A DNA stretch of 55,645 nt, counting the filler, from Circinaria calcarea (taxonomy: Eukaryota), in assembly GCA_051942165.1 (NCBI GenBank). It is 5 parts of 5 records of this genome, joined end to end, with 100 filler letters (N's around TTAATTAATTAA, not from the genome) between each part and the next. Parts side by side here need not be neighbours in the genome. Positions count along the whole stretch, not along the records: positions 11,159 to 22,215 come from JAVECS010000720.1; positions 22,316 to 33,361 come from JAVECS010000721.1; 3 more parts are not named here. One strand, written 5' to 3'. This document shows, one piece after another, positions 12,664-25,146 of this stretch; within the stretch, counting starts at the first letter, position 1; each line of letters begins with the position of its first letter. The position numbers were made by a program, and so were the translations under genes. A model generated the notes under the pieces. The model had not been told where the DNA came from and made no database searches. It worked only from the letters and a program-made list of their open reading frames with translations.

Positions 12664-14359
12664 ATGTCCCTCTATTATGAAGCTGCGCAGTTCATCTCTG
12701 CGTCGGATCAGCAGTTAGGTTCACTGAAATCCAGTATCTATGGCGCAAAAGGCCTCAAGTCCACTCCTGCCCAGCTCTTCGCTTTAGTGAGCGAAGCCTC
12801 TAAATGGAGTTCTGTTGTAAAGGAGGTAGTAGAAAAGTCGCAACTGCTGGTACATGAGCGAAAGGTATGCATTCCTTCGTCGTGTGCTGGGGAAGATACT
12901 GACTGACAAAGAAGTGCTCATCCAGCTTTCTCCCACTCTTGCCCTTCTCCTCGTTTATGATCTATTACTTGCAAAGAAGGGCATCGCAGCACCGGCGGCG
13001 CATCCGTTGCGAGTTGCTGTAGAGAGGCACAAGGCTCGGATACATGCCGAGTTTACGAAGTCAAGACTAAGAAGAGGTTTCTCGTCCGTGGAGGAACTAC
13101 GCCAACATGTGAACAGATGGGCAGACGGAGACGGTGACTTGAAGAGCTCGAGAGGTGGAGTACCAGCATCGGCTCCAGAAGGTTCCATAGACAAATGGCC
13201 CCATCCGCGCTGGGTTCGAATAAATACATTAAAGACAAGTTTAGATGAGCAGCTCGCAACCACTTTTGCTAATTACACGAGGGTCGACACGATCGATAAG
13301 GTCCTGACACAAGCTACACGGGGTCAACCATTGTACGTTGACAAGCACATACCGAACCTCATAGCATTATCTTCATCCACAGAGGTCTTTGGCCTACCAG
13401 CATATCAGCAAGGACTGCTCATCTTGCAGGACAAGGCCTCATGCTTTCCTGCATATCTACTCGACCCTCGACTAGATGATGGAGACATTGTCGATAGCTG
13501 CGCTGCTCCTGGGAATAAGACCACTCACATTGCTGCATTACTTAAGAGCCATGAAAGTCAAGGGAGAAGCACGACAATATGGGCTTGCGAGAGAGACACT
13601 GTTAGAGCTAAGGTACTGCAGAGGATGGTCACTGTCGCGGGTGCAGACGATCTTGTCAACATCAAAGCTGGGCAGGACTTCTTGAGACTCGATCCTCAGA
13701 AAGATCCCTGGTGCAACGTCGGAGCACTGCTTCTCGATCCTAGCTGTTCCGGAAGTGGCATCGTTGGACGAGATGAAAAGCTCTCCTTCGACCTACCTAG
13801 CAGAGAAGTAGATACCTCAAGTCTTGGAAATTCGAAGAAGCGAAAGCGGAGGGAGAAAGAGATACTCGTCAAGGAGAACCCCAACCAAGAAATAGGCGAG
13901 GAAATCGCGATTCCGGTTAGCGAAACGGTACACAAACTGCAGTCCCGTCTAGCCTCACTATCAACTTTCCAAACCAAGCTGCTTTTACATGCTATGTCCT
14001 TTCCCCGAGCCCGCAAAGTCACCTACTCGACATGTTCGAGCTACGCCGAAGAGAACGAAAACGTAGTTCTCAATGCGTTGCTGTCGGATAGTGCTGTACA
14101 AAATGGCTGGAAGATATTAAGCCGCAACGAACAGATAAATGGAATGCGGTCATGGCCTATCCGTGGCAATGTTAATGCATGTAGGAATGGTTCAATTGAC
14201 AAGTCCCTAGCTGAGGACTTGGCCGATGCGTGCATTCGATGTGAGAAGGGCACGAGGGAAGGTACACAAGGCTTCTTTGTAGCTGCCTTTGTTAGGGATT
14301 TTTCAGACGGCCAGACGACTGCGCTCGAAGATGAATGGGAAGGCTTTGGGGAAGATTAG
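12664..14359 (+). CDS. RCM1: NOL1/NOP2/Sun family large-subunit rRNA m5C methyltransferase (Rcm1/NSUN5), 2 exons
   Basis: Intron 12865-12925. Motifs HPRWVRINTLK, LILQDKASCFPA, DSCAAPGNKTTH, LLDPSCSGSG, YSTCS, EENE and GFFVAAF. Confidence 0.9.
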
Positions 14360-17300
14360 GGGAAATTCAAGATCAGATACCGGAATTCAGACACCTCCAA
14401 TCATTTCCAACTAAACCTTCAAACACATTCAATTTTCGCGGTGATCGTACAGGGGATCACTGTTCATCGCAAATCACCGAAGTCATTCATTATACATCTA
14501 CATGCCATCATAGCACCACGACACCACTAACCCAAGTGAAGAAAGCATCATGCTTCACAAACCCGCCCACTCCACTTGTCCCCTTCTTTACTTTTCTTCT
14601 CTTCCACCCTCACTAACCTCTCTATCCCGCCCACTCCAAGCATTGGAGATGGCATCTCTGACCGAATGCCAGCAAAGGGTTTTCCATAACGGCAACATTA
14701 AGCATCTCCTGCCCCTCGGTGAGAGGAGATGGTCAACCTGTGCCGATGCCCCGGATGCGCTTCTCCACTGGCGGGAAAAAGGAACCGCAGTCTATGGTGG
14801 AGGTAAAGTACTTCCTTGTACGACCGCTAGTATGCGGGCTTGATAAAAGAACTGGATAGGGCATCTGGCATGGTAATCTCATTCAGGACACACCTTCTAC
14901 TTCCTTGCCGCTCAACTTGCTAGCATCGCCGGCGTCCTGGGCACTAGCACCTTCTTCGGCATTCTCCGGCTCCCTCACATGTCGATGATAACACGTCCCT
15001 TTTCTTTGTGCCATCTGGAAGTTGCTTTCATAGCCACAAAGCACAGGAAGGCGAACAGTGTAGCGGCCATCGCCTATTGAAGGCGTCCTTGTTTTTTTAA
15101 TTTTATACTTGAGTAATGGCAATTTAAAGGGAAGGCCCTTCTGTCCTCGTTTACGACGGTAAGTAAAGTTCATTCTCAAATACCATAAATACAGGTATCC
15201 GAGCCCATAGGCAGCGAAGATCCATCAAGGGTTCGAGGATTGGAAGCTACTTTTAGGACAAGGGCGCAATGGGATTCATGGGGTTCTTTTGGCGCCAGAG
15301 AGTAAATCGATTTCTCGACGAGCTGATAGGCTAAAATGGTAAAAATAAAACCGAGTAATAATCGATTCTGGAGGATTGGAAACGCTGCTGCGCGGCTTGC
15401 GACTTTTTCACTGCTATTCAGGAGGCCCCGTGCGTATACAGTACCAATGATATGAGATGTATGGTCCACGGTGATCACTAACGGTAAGGTTAGTATAAGC
15501 AGCCAAAAGGCCAAGTGTGCCGATATCCCGTCTATCCCCATAGTGAATAATAGAACCCGTATTCCTTCTCGGACCGATCTATCACTTGTGTCTGATGGAC
15601 AGCCTTTACGTGGATTATCCACCATTGCTTTGATACTAAGCGTGCTTCGTACTAGCGGCATGCATAGTACGACATCGTCGGTATGCGTGGAGGCTGTTTT
15701 TGGTGAGCTTCTTTGATATGTCGATTGCAAAACATGAGTAGAGTATTGCTCTTTGGCAACAGTTTTTCGCCATATATGGTAAACTTTCTTAACATGGTCG
15801 CATAATTCCTTCGTGTTGTGTTGCTGTTGATAAAGTGGACTCCTAATCTGTCCAGCAGGTTTCTTTTCAGCCAGTCCAAGGATATTGCCTTAGGTTTTGC
15901 TGGGCAATCATAGGGATTATCATAGCCGATTGAACATATATTTCCCGTATCGGCAGACTCCGTCGCGGGAGCCAGCTGTCTGTCGAGGATGAATAGACTG
16001 TCCCTGGGCCGCTGTTTGCTACTCCAATGACTCCTGTATTTTGACCGAGCAAGTTGTGTGTATATCTGCTTCCCATGGGTTAACGGGTTATGTCTAATAG
16101 TACAAAGACTCGCAATGGATTGTGACAGGAGACCCACTTCCCAGCCAGTTGATCAAGCTAGCTGCGTAGTGAGTGAATCTTTGAAAAACAGAACAAACTT
16201 CGACATAAAATCTGTCGTAATCGATATGCCGGACGCTTCCTTTCCGTGGTATAAGAGGTAGGGAAGTCAACAACGGTATTGTACAACGGAGATGGTTTAC
16301 TGTGATGACTATAGTGTTGAAGCTGGGACAAAGATCAAGGGACGATAGTGATATGAGTTTGTTGTAATTGTACGAGGAAACAGCGTCTGCGGCCGGTATG
16401 ATCAACTGTAAAGTTTAGCATGGCATTCTTAATGACTGTGCTTAGGAGGGGTATTGTACGTACATCGTCGCTACTTCCTTCGTGATTCAAAATCATTATG
16501 AAGAATAAAAGATACTTTATGTCACATACCTCATATGTTATTCCACCATCGCAATTCATAATATTACCTTCTTCTACCACCAGGTGGAGAGGGTTAAAAT
16601 TTCTAGGCTTGGATACTCGCGTGCACAAATTATAAGGAGATTTTATAATTTTACCACCTCATATCTCGGAGATGAACGACGTGAGAACAGCCCACCTTAT
16701 CCGCATTCACCATCTCCTCGTCCTTTGTCCCCTCCCCCCCCCCTCCTCACCTTCTCTTTTCCCTTCTTCTCCTTCCCCTTCTAGACCGTCCTGCAGCAGC
16801 CTCCTGATAAATAACGGTATGACAAACCATAGGGAAGGATGCGGGATCATTATTCCTCGTGATTTGCGGGGTGATTAGAGTATATCAAGACTTTCCCGAG
16901 CCTGGCGTACTTGTCTGGAGTCAAGTTGTTTATTATTTTGAATATGGCCTTCCATCTCGGAGAACTATCCCTCAGAATTTCGATCTCAGCAGCAAACTGG
17001 TTTATCCATGTTCTTTTGTGATCGGATAGAGTATTTCTCCTTATTTAGAGAGGCTGCCTAGATGCTTTATTGCATCCAATTCTTCTGGCCATCCCGCCTC
17101 TTCCCAGAGGCTCTCAGAACAGCTTGAAGAGAACCACATTACACGGTCAACTCCTCTACTGTTTAACTTTTTTATTTGGATAAGCCATTGGGTGCTAAGT
17201 CAGAAAGCCTACTCTGCCGATTAAATATATGAAGTGACCCACGAGAATCTGATATCCAATGTACTGGCCTGCCGAGTAGCCGATGTCTAGCACTCGAGGA

Positions 17301-20149
17301 GTTTCCATGATCAAAATTAGGAGGGAGTTTCGTCTTCCTAGCGAATGCTCAGGGCGAAGCCACCCAAGGTCCCCTCGTTTTAATCTATTTTATCAGACCG
17401 CCAGGACTCCCGCGCAAGCGTCTCGTATTAATACAACTGGAGGCCGCAGGCACCATGCATAGTTGGCGATTTCTCAGGTAGATATCGTCCTTAAGACAGT
17501 AAGACTTTACTCTCCTATCGTTATCTCATGGCCCACGGCACGGCAAACATCCCGTAAGACGAAGGCGATGATAGTGAGGTCGCGACGGCAGTCATCCAAC
17601 TCTTCCGGAGCCGGGTCGCGCCTCATTATATAATCGATGAGGTTTGTTAGAGGCCCGAACATAATACATATTAACCCGTCGATCGCCTCTAAGTCGATAT
17701 CGCGGGTGACGGGGGCGGCACGGTTACCGCAGGATTTATGGCATCAGTTAATAAGGTCGAATCGAAGAACGACAAAACCTTACGAAGTGCCCCAAGGCAT
17801 GGGCCACCATGGCGAGTACACTCGGCGCGATCTGGGCGCCCGGGCCCGAAGAAACATCCTCTGAACGTTCACTCCCCGGTGGTACTTGCATATCGGCCAC
17901 ATGGCCGCGAGGCCATCACTCCTCGCTCCACGATCAAAACAGCCTGCCGGTATTGCTCGCGGCGCTCGAGGTGACTAATTACCTTATTCACGAAAGCAGT
18001 GACGGATGAAAGGCAGAGTCTGGAGCTCCCGCTCGGCGGCGGTAAGGGTGCGTGGCCGTCCATCTGAATGTACGAAGGCCGGGAACAGAATGGATGAACA
18101 AAATGCCTCGCCATTCACGAGCTGGTAGCCGACGTGATTTATTTGAGTTATTTGATTCATTTTAGCCTACTTCACGCCAAAAAGTTAGCCAAGTTCTCTC
18201 TTCAATCCAGAGGATAACGCCTCCATATATTATATACGGCAAGCATTAGCTCGATCACACATAGAAGTATGTTCAATGCAAAACATTCAAGGGAAAAGTG
18301 TCACTTCCAGGAGAGAAAGACATCAAATAACCACTTGGCATAGAATCACTATGTAGGATAATGAGGAGGAAGTGAAAAATAGGATACGCATATTGCATAT
18401 ACCCGCCATAGTGCTCGTTCTGGTGAAAGCCTTGGTTTGGTGGTCGTCCATTGCTGGCAGCCATAGCTCCTCACTTTTACCTTTTACCGCTCACCTCTGT
18501 GTCTTCTGACGTAGACTATCAGCTATGCCAATGCCTGAATTCCATCTCGAGGGGCCCTGGTATTATACGGGCCTGGGACATAGGCTTCGTAAAGCATTTT
18601 TGAATAACTTTTGTTTGTAGGTAAGCATGTTTGCTCCAGCACCATTTCGCGTCTCCTCCTCTGGTATCAGTTACGTGGGTGACCAACGGCGCATTCTTAG
18701 ACTCGTCCGTAAATCGAGTATCGTTAGGATCTACTGGTGAAGGCAAAAAGCGAACGCTCTCTGTTGAACATCGAGGTCCAGAAAACCAGCCTGCTTGAAG
18801 TCTTGCAATTCTGCTACTCTGTATATGCAAAATTAGAAGCTTCGTTGGTTAGTCGATGATGCCTATAGTAGAGCCAGTATACCTTACATTTCTCTATTAT
18901 TTTTAGAGATCCGCGCTCTTCATCTGTGTGACCATGTGCTGCGATTTCGTTGTCCACAGCGCACATTTTGCTTTCTTTCTAGCGCTACAGTCACTTTCCA
19001 GTAATTGAGATGAATAAATCCATACCCGCACCGCTGAGCTGTGGTAGTTGTACTAGCGTCTATGATGCTATGATGTACATCATGAGTCATAGATGTAGCT
19101 CATATTTCTGCAGCTCATATTTCTGCTGTTATTGTTGCCGCGAGATCTGTAGAGGTGTTCACAATAAGTCCGGCCAAGGCACTCACTTCGGGTAACTCCT
19201 GGGCGGGACATCAACCTTGAAAAAGTTCGCCACAGCAGTCGTTCCGAGACTTCTTGAACCTGGGAGGAGCTACGACAATGTAGTCACCCACATCCGCGGT
19301 ATCATCTGCGGCTACTCGAGATCGTTTCTGAGATTGCATGATTGATATATGACAGTTTGTTTCTCTAAACGGCGTTAGCACCCAGCATATCAACGTCTGG
19401 AGGTCACTCACGTTCAATAAAGTAGTCAATGGCAATACTGAAGAGAGATAAGATCATCCCCATCCACCGACTATCTACCTGACCCATGTTATTTCTAGCT
19501 CGGGTTGGCCTTACCCTACCATGTTAAGGTCAGACACCTTAAGCAGATATGGCGGATATGGTAAGGGGGTAGCAGATCAGGACAGTTTTTCGATGTAGCC
19601 ATCTCTACTACTCATACATGTTCCCGCCCGTATTGCTCTACAACACCTCCTCTGGAGAAACTCGGGACTGCTTTACCTTCATTTAATTGTATTTCTAGTG
19701 ACTCATATATAGGAGATGATGATTATATTATACTAAAGGTTGGTTTTAGCGGAGGAGGGCCGGGGCTTTCTCCATGAGGACGTATAACCAGGGTTCAGGG
19801 AGTTGAGATATCTATGATGCACAAGCCGTAGGTGGATCGATGGAGAGCTAGCCTAAGCGTTCAGGATGACACGGGGAATACCCGGTGAATGCTTGACACG
19901 TAGGCTGTGAAGACCGCTTGATTCAGTTTATCAACAGTGAATAACTCAACATGTGTCAAACAATGGAGAATGCCGTATGCAAAGTGAATGGTAAAGATAC
20001 CTTACTGTCCAGCTTCATCTGCTCGTTAGAAAACTCACAGACTCCTTCAATGCTCCGACAGAAATAAGAGAAGCTATCCACATTACATGAAACTTAACCC
20101 AAAGAAGGCGTCTCCCATCACCCCCTTGACTCAGCATTCCCGCTCCCAC

Positions 20150-21600
20150 CGTATAATTTGTCTACCGCACTGAACATTTCTTTCATGGCCGTGGAACCCT
20201 TTTAAAGGGACCCACGGAGGTGTTTCCTTCTCTTCGACAAGCGCATCTTAAGCGGTCTGGAGCATACAGCCCTGTCGAATCATGTCATCGTACATCGCTT
20301 GAAAACGGTACATTGCGGCTTGGGTTAGTAGCCGCTGTGGTACCTGAGCCAGTTGCGCTTGCGTGACGGTTAATTGCGTTCAGAGAGTAGCTGATTGTGC
20401 TTGCTCTGGGGCCAAGGAAGAGTTTGCCGCAGAGAGCTGAGCGCGGAGACTGTCAATGGTATCTGCATTGTTGGCCGCGACAAGTGAAAGATTTTTGAGC
20501 AAAAAAATCTGCATCTCGTCCACATCAACCTCATAATGGTTAGTAGGATACTCTGCGGTCAACGGACGTTATATCGCATACTGCATCGTGGTTTCATTAC
20601 TGACTGGGTGCTATCAGCTTGAATTGACTCTTGATTTCTGTCCGGAAGGCCCTAGTTGGGCAGTAAATATGGCGTAGCGGGTGGCGAACTCCTCAAATGG
20701 CTGCATAGTCCGGTATACTGCCTTACATAGCAACGGTATCTCATAGTAGGAGCTATCTACGTAGTGGTAGAGATCCTTTAGACTAGGCACCGTCTTTGGC
20801 ATCTGGGGCCAGTATACTGCTCCGAGTCCCACTGGTTTGTTTAGTTCGATGAAACCTTGTAGCGTCCAGAAGCGCTTACCAAAGCATTAGACGCTGCCCG
20901 CGCAGTTTCTATGTCTGGTAGAAGCTTGTATTTTTATAATAGCAAGCGTCCAGGCCTGCTTGTACGTCTTTCGAGTTGGGCATAGTTCCGAGTTTACCGT
21001 GAGAAACAGAACGGTAAATTCGACAAAGGAGTCAAAACTGAGGTTGGCGACAGGAACTAGCATGAATCTGTTGTTGCTTTTCGGTCCAAGCGCCTGATGA
21101 TCACTGTTTTGAAATTGCTAATGGCATACCAGTATCAGGGCGGCTAGAAAGCATGGCAGGGACTCTAACCAAAATGAAGGCTGCTGCTACCTTAGCACTT
21201 CTGCTTTCATCTTTGAAAAAGCTGAAAACAATAAATCGTTGTACCATCAATTTTGTGGAAGCGTCGAGAACCCTTCCTGCTTCATATGCCACCATCACCG
21301 AGGCTACGTCGTCAAGACTAAATTTGGATAGGTCGCACTTATATATTTGGGAACTCAACCACGCCTTTCGTGTTCGAGTATTTGCTTTATCACTTGCAGC
21401 AATATATTCTTTTGTGGGCCAGTAGCCTCGATAATGGCCGGAACAATGAGGCAAGGTCCAGCCGACCAAAGGCGAATCGTAAGGAAAATATTCGCCCCGG
21501 TGGGCAGAACATCGGCAGGTTTCAATACACAACCCCCAGTACATGAGAGATTCGTCCTTACCATCAAATGCATGAAGTCTCTTCGGCTAAGCTTACAGAC
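20150..21600 (-). pseudogene. Decayed multi-exon orphan gene, family not recognised, boundaries approximate
   Basis: Intron 21118-21169 joins ORF 21101-21544 in frame to QFQNSDHQALGPK...AWTLAIIK. One extra A in an A-run near 20933 then shifts into YKLLPDIETARAASNAFGKRFWTLQ...FEEFATRYAIF. Another frameshift, a likely GTATGC..CTAAC intron and a premature TGA (20380-20382) in a coiled-coil-like tail follow. Confidence 0.4.
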
Positions 21601-21997
21601 GTATTGGTTAGACTATGGATGAGAGGTTCAGACCTACCATTCGAGCGGGTGCTGGGGTTGAAATCTATACATCGTAGCATGCGGAATGTTTGGTGGCGAT
21701 AAACTTGGCCATGAACCCCCCATTAGTATGTCCATGGAGGCATATTGAAACAACAGCATAAAATTAGTGGCAGGTCACATGGTGATGAGGCTGATACACC
21801 TAGCAGCAATAAGCGCGCATGGCGGCTACAGGCGTCTATTCTAAACTCCAAGTCACCTTGACAATGCGTGAATGCGTAACAATGACGTTTTTCCCCCTCG
21901 GACACCCTCACTGGACTTTTGCAACCATGGTCCCACTTTCTAATCGCAACACTCCATACATCTACTCTATTCCGAAAATCCGTCGACTACAGCCACC

Positions 21998-22215
21998 ATG
22001 AGCGCCTCCAAAAACCCCGACTCTGTCGCCAACCAACCAGTGCAGTTTACCTCCCATATCCCCCCTAGTGAGCCATTGACCACCACGGGCGTAAGTCCCC
22101 TTCTCTCGTCACTAATCTCCAAGTTTCATACCTAACCCCCCTTCTGCAGCACAAACCCGGCGTCAAAGTCGGTAATGACGCCGCCCCCGAATTCCACGCC
22201 AAAACCCTTCCCCCC
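21998..22215 (+). CDS. 5' part of a small conserved fungal hypothetical protein; truncated by the contig end
   Basis: CCACCATG start context, exon 21998-22090, intron 22091-22149 (GTAAGT..CTAAC..CAG). Product: MSASKNPDSVANQPVQFTSHIPPSEPLTTTGHKPGVKVGNDAAPEFHAKTLPP. Absent from the ORF track. Confidence 0.75.
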
Positions 22216-22315
22216 NNNNNNNNNNNNNNNNNNNNNNNNNNNNNNNNNNNNNNNNNNNNTTAATTAATTAANNNNNNNNNNNNNNNNNNNNNNNNNNNNN
22301 NNNNNNNNNNNNNNN
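22216..22315. other. Artificial contig spacer 2
   Basis: N44-TTAATTAATTAA-N44. Confidence 0.99.
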
Positions 22316-22451
22316 TAGATTTCAATGCCCAATAGATTTCAATGCCCAATAGATTTCAATGCCCAATAGATTTCAATGCCCAATAGATTTCAATGCCCAA
22401 TAGATTTCAATGCCCAATAGATTTCAATGCCCAATAGATTTCAATGCCCAA
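22316..22451. repeat. Perfect tandem array (TAGATTTCAATGCCCAA)x8 at the start of contig 3
   Basis: Eight identical 17-nt units start at 22316, 22333, ... 22435. There are no spacers and the array runs off the contig edge. Confidence 0.98.
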
Positions 22452-23086
22452 AATGTTTATTTACGTAGGTAAGATTTGCCGTTCCCGGAGTTATGGACTT
22501 GTTCTCGGGCCGAAGTTTACCGAGATCATCGTGATTCCTTATGTTCCCTCATAAAATTCGTCCTCCAAATTCATCGTTTGAATTAAATCTCGTCCACGAT
22601 AATTCTTTATTGTGTTCTATAGAGAAGTACCGAAAACAAATTCCAGAGATTTCCCATTGGCGCCACTTATGCCCGTAATGGATCGAATAGCTGAGGATAA
22701 GTTACGATTGCCTGCCACGTCTAGCATTCGACGACATAGCTCTCTAATAGTATTGCTGAAACGACAAGTCTCTATTAGCAGCTGGAATAGATCTTGAAGG
22801 GACGAGTTTGATGCTGACGCTCGATTCGCCTATTATTACTTGCTTTGCGTTATTCGACTTCTCCAACACAATTCACTCATCCAATCAATCTTACCGCAAA
22901 ACTCTTAAGTTAATTACACGCGCGCGGAAGGGACCTGAGCAGGCTTCTCAAACCACCATAAAACATGCCAATCAGGGTATCTATGCGACGCGTGGGGTCC
23001 GCCTTTGACTCTGTAAAAGAGGGATCTCGAACCAAAGAAAACCGCCGACTACTCTCCATTCTCATACTTGTTACCTGACCTACAAT

Positions 23087-24388
23087 ATGACTCGACTATG
23101 GAACGGTCCCGTTCACCCCGACTTCCACTATTGCCACGCCGAGTATGGAGAAAGGCTCTTAATTGCAGATTGTATCCAGGCGGCGAATGCGATCCCAATA
23201 TATATGTCGCCTAATCATCCAAGTATGTCTCAACCTATACTGTACCATGTCGACCCTACTAGAGTGAACGTGCCCTTATCTCTACCGATACGGAAAGACG
23301 TAGGTCAGCCATCTCAATGCATTTCGATCTATGACGTTTCTGGGACTAACTGTTGGCAATGCAGGTGGCTGTTTCGTTTCCGTGGACATGGCAGGGCATT
23401 CAAACGCCCGGACCGTCGAGGGAAGTGGGGACCTATTTCGCGCAATGGCAAACCATGTCGTCACCAAATGCGTGGTGCAAGGAGGCGGCGTTGGTGGCTT
23501 CATAACGCAGGGCTTGACCGGCTTGGCTCGCTATGCTCTCGCAGGCGGGGGCACAACTTCTAACCCTTACAACCCTAACATCCCATTTCGTAAGTTACTC
23601 ATACATGCCGAACGCCAAGGTTCAAGGTCACTAACAAATTCCCTTGAATGACTTTAGCGCCTTCTCAAGGGTTCATCACAGTGACTGTAGGTGGCCCGGC
23701 GTCCGTAGATCGAAAACCCGGTGACTACGATCCAACCGTTCCCTTGTATATGGCGGCTATCCTTGGCCACGCAGCACAAAACTCACTACCAAACAGTAAT
23801 GCCGGTACGTCGTACCTAGCAAATGGGCAGAAATGGTATACTACAGCTGTGGCAATGCAAGGGCCTAACGCTGTGCCGTGGTGGCAGCGATATCCCCTTA
23901 CCACTGTCCATGATGAAATGACTTACGAGTGTGACGAGGGTCTGGGAAACCCAGCGGCGGCCGATTGTACCGATATAGAATGGAATCAGTTGGGTTCCCC
24001 GTCCGACTCACTCACGCTTGAGTCGGGAAACACCAAATTTTTCCATTCCGGCACTTGTTACCTTGCGCTCTCCGCCAGCCTGACCACGGTACTCCGGTGG
24101 GACCAGATCCAGACTGCCCTAGCTACCCTGATGGACATTTGCATCCAGCTTCCGTCCCAGGCAGCGCATGGAGGCAGGGCTTATTTCGGATCTTCATCAC
24201 CGCCGGCTGGTGGGAGAAGGAAGAAGCGGCAGAGCAGCCTTACTGGACTCAATGCTCTTCCGCCACACGTTAACCTGACCGTTTTCCAACAAACCGAGTC
24301 GTGGACCAATGCAGCAGAGGAGCTCACTTCCTGTACCTGGAAGGCGGCCTCGAATCGCAAGGCAGTATCAAATTGTCAGACTGCATAG
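23087..24388 (+). CDS. Hypothetical protein with two tandem four-Cys modules resembling the Ecp2/Hce2-KP4-like fold, 3 exons
   Basis: Introns 23304-23364 and 23590-23657 join three ORF-track fragments in frame. Each module reads C-x11/12-C...GxC...C...GG. An RRKKR site precedes a two-Cys tail. Confidence 0.7.
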
Positions 24389-25146
24389 ACAAGGGGTTGC
24401 CGCATGAAACTGGACGAACTTATTTCGCGGTATAAGTCGATAACTGTGACATTTGTCTCCAGAGGGGACATGTAGCGGCAGAAATCTCCGGCCTTAGTAG
24501 TCGATTGAGATATGATGGCGTTTCATAATCATTAATATATATATGCTCCATGAGAGTGGAGCTGTGGTTCAGCAAGATGAAGTTGACCTCGGCCAATGAC
24601 GGAGGCGGAGGAATGTTCTTCCTAGCGCAGATGCCACCTGCTTTTACCTTTCATCGTTGATTTCTCATGAGAAGAACAATGACCGAGTTGCTGTTCAACC
24701 GGGTGACACTCGAACCCCAGAGATGGACGCCTAACTTTGACAGGTCATGGACACTTTTTGGAGCCGGTTCGACCCCGCGCTTCTTCGGTCCCAAACAAGC
24801 CCTGGCATGTCATCACTTGTTCCGGAAGTTTTAGGTAATAAATATTCTATTGCCAACACCTAATTCGATCGCAGCTTCCCTTTGCATGTCTACCATAGTA
24901 AACTGTCAAGTCTTACGTGCTATGCCTTCTCACTGTGGTCCGTTTGACCGGTAGCTGACGAGAGCTTCTACTCGCCCTTCTCTTTTCTCCCTTGTAGACA
25001 CGTTCTCTCGTTTTCCTCCTCTCCCGGTTCCGGTGTAGCCATGGAACGCGGAGCATTTGCGAGCTGTGCGCTTGCTCCACGAGGAATTCGGATTTGACCC
25101 CGCGACTACATACTAACAGCATCCAAACTCGACCACCGCGGCCCTC

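Noticed and set aside
19508..19572. Imperfect hairpin around TTAAGGT-CAGAC-ACCTTAA as a MITE or structured RNA
   Set aside because: The perfect stem is only 7 bp, with no second copy or flanking duplication.
22316..22451. CRISPR-like array
   Set aside because: The units are contiguous with no spacers, the context is eukaryotic and there are no cas genes.
24755..24785. tRNA T-loop or B-box-like GGTTCGACCCC
   Set aside because: The T-stem pairs poorly and no acceptor stem or cloverleaf could be built.
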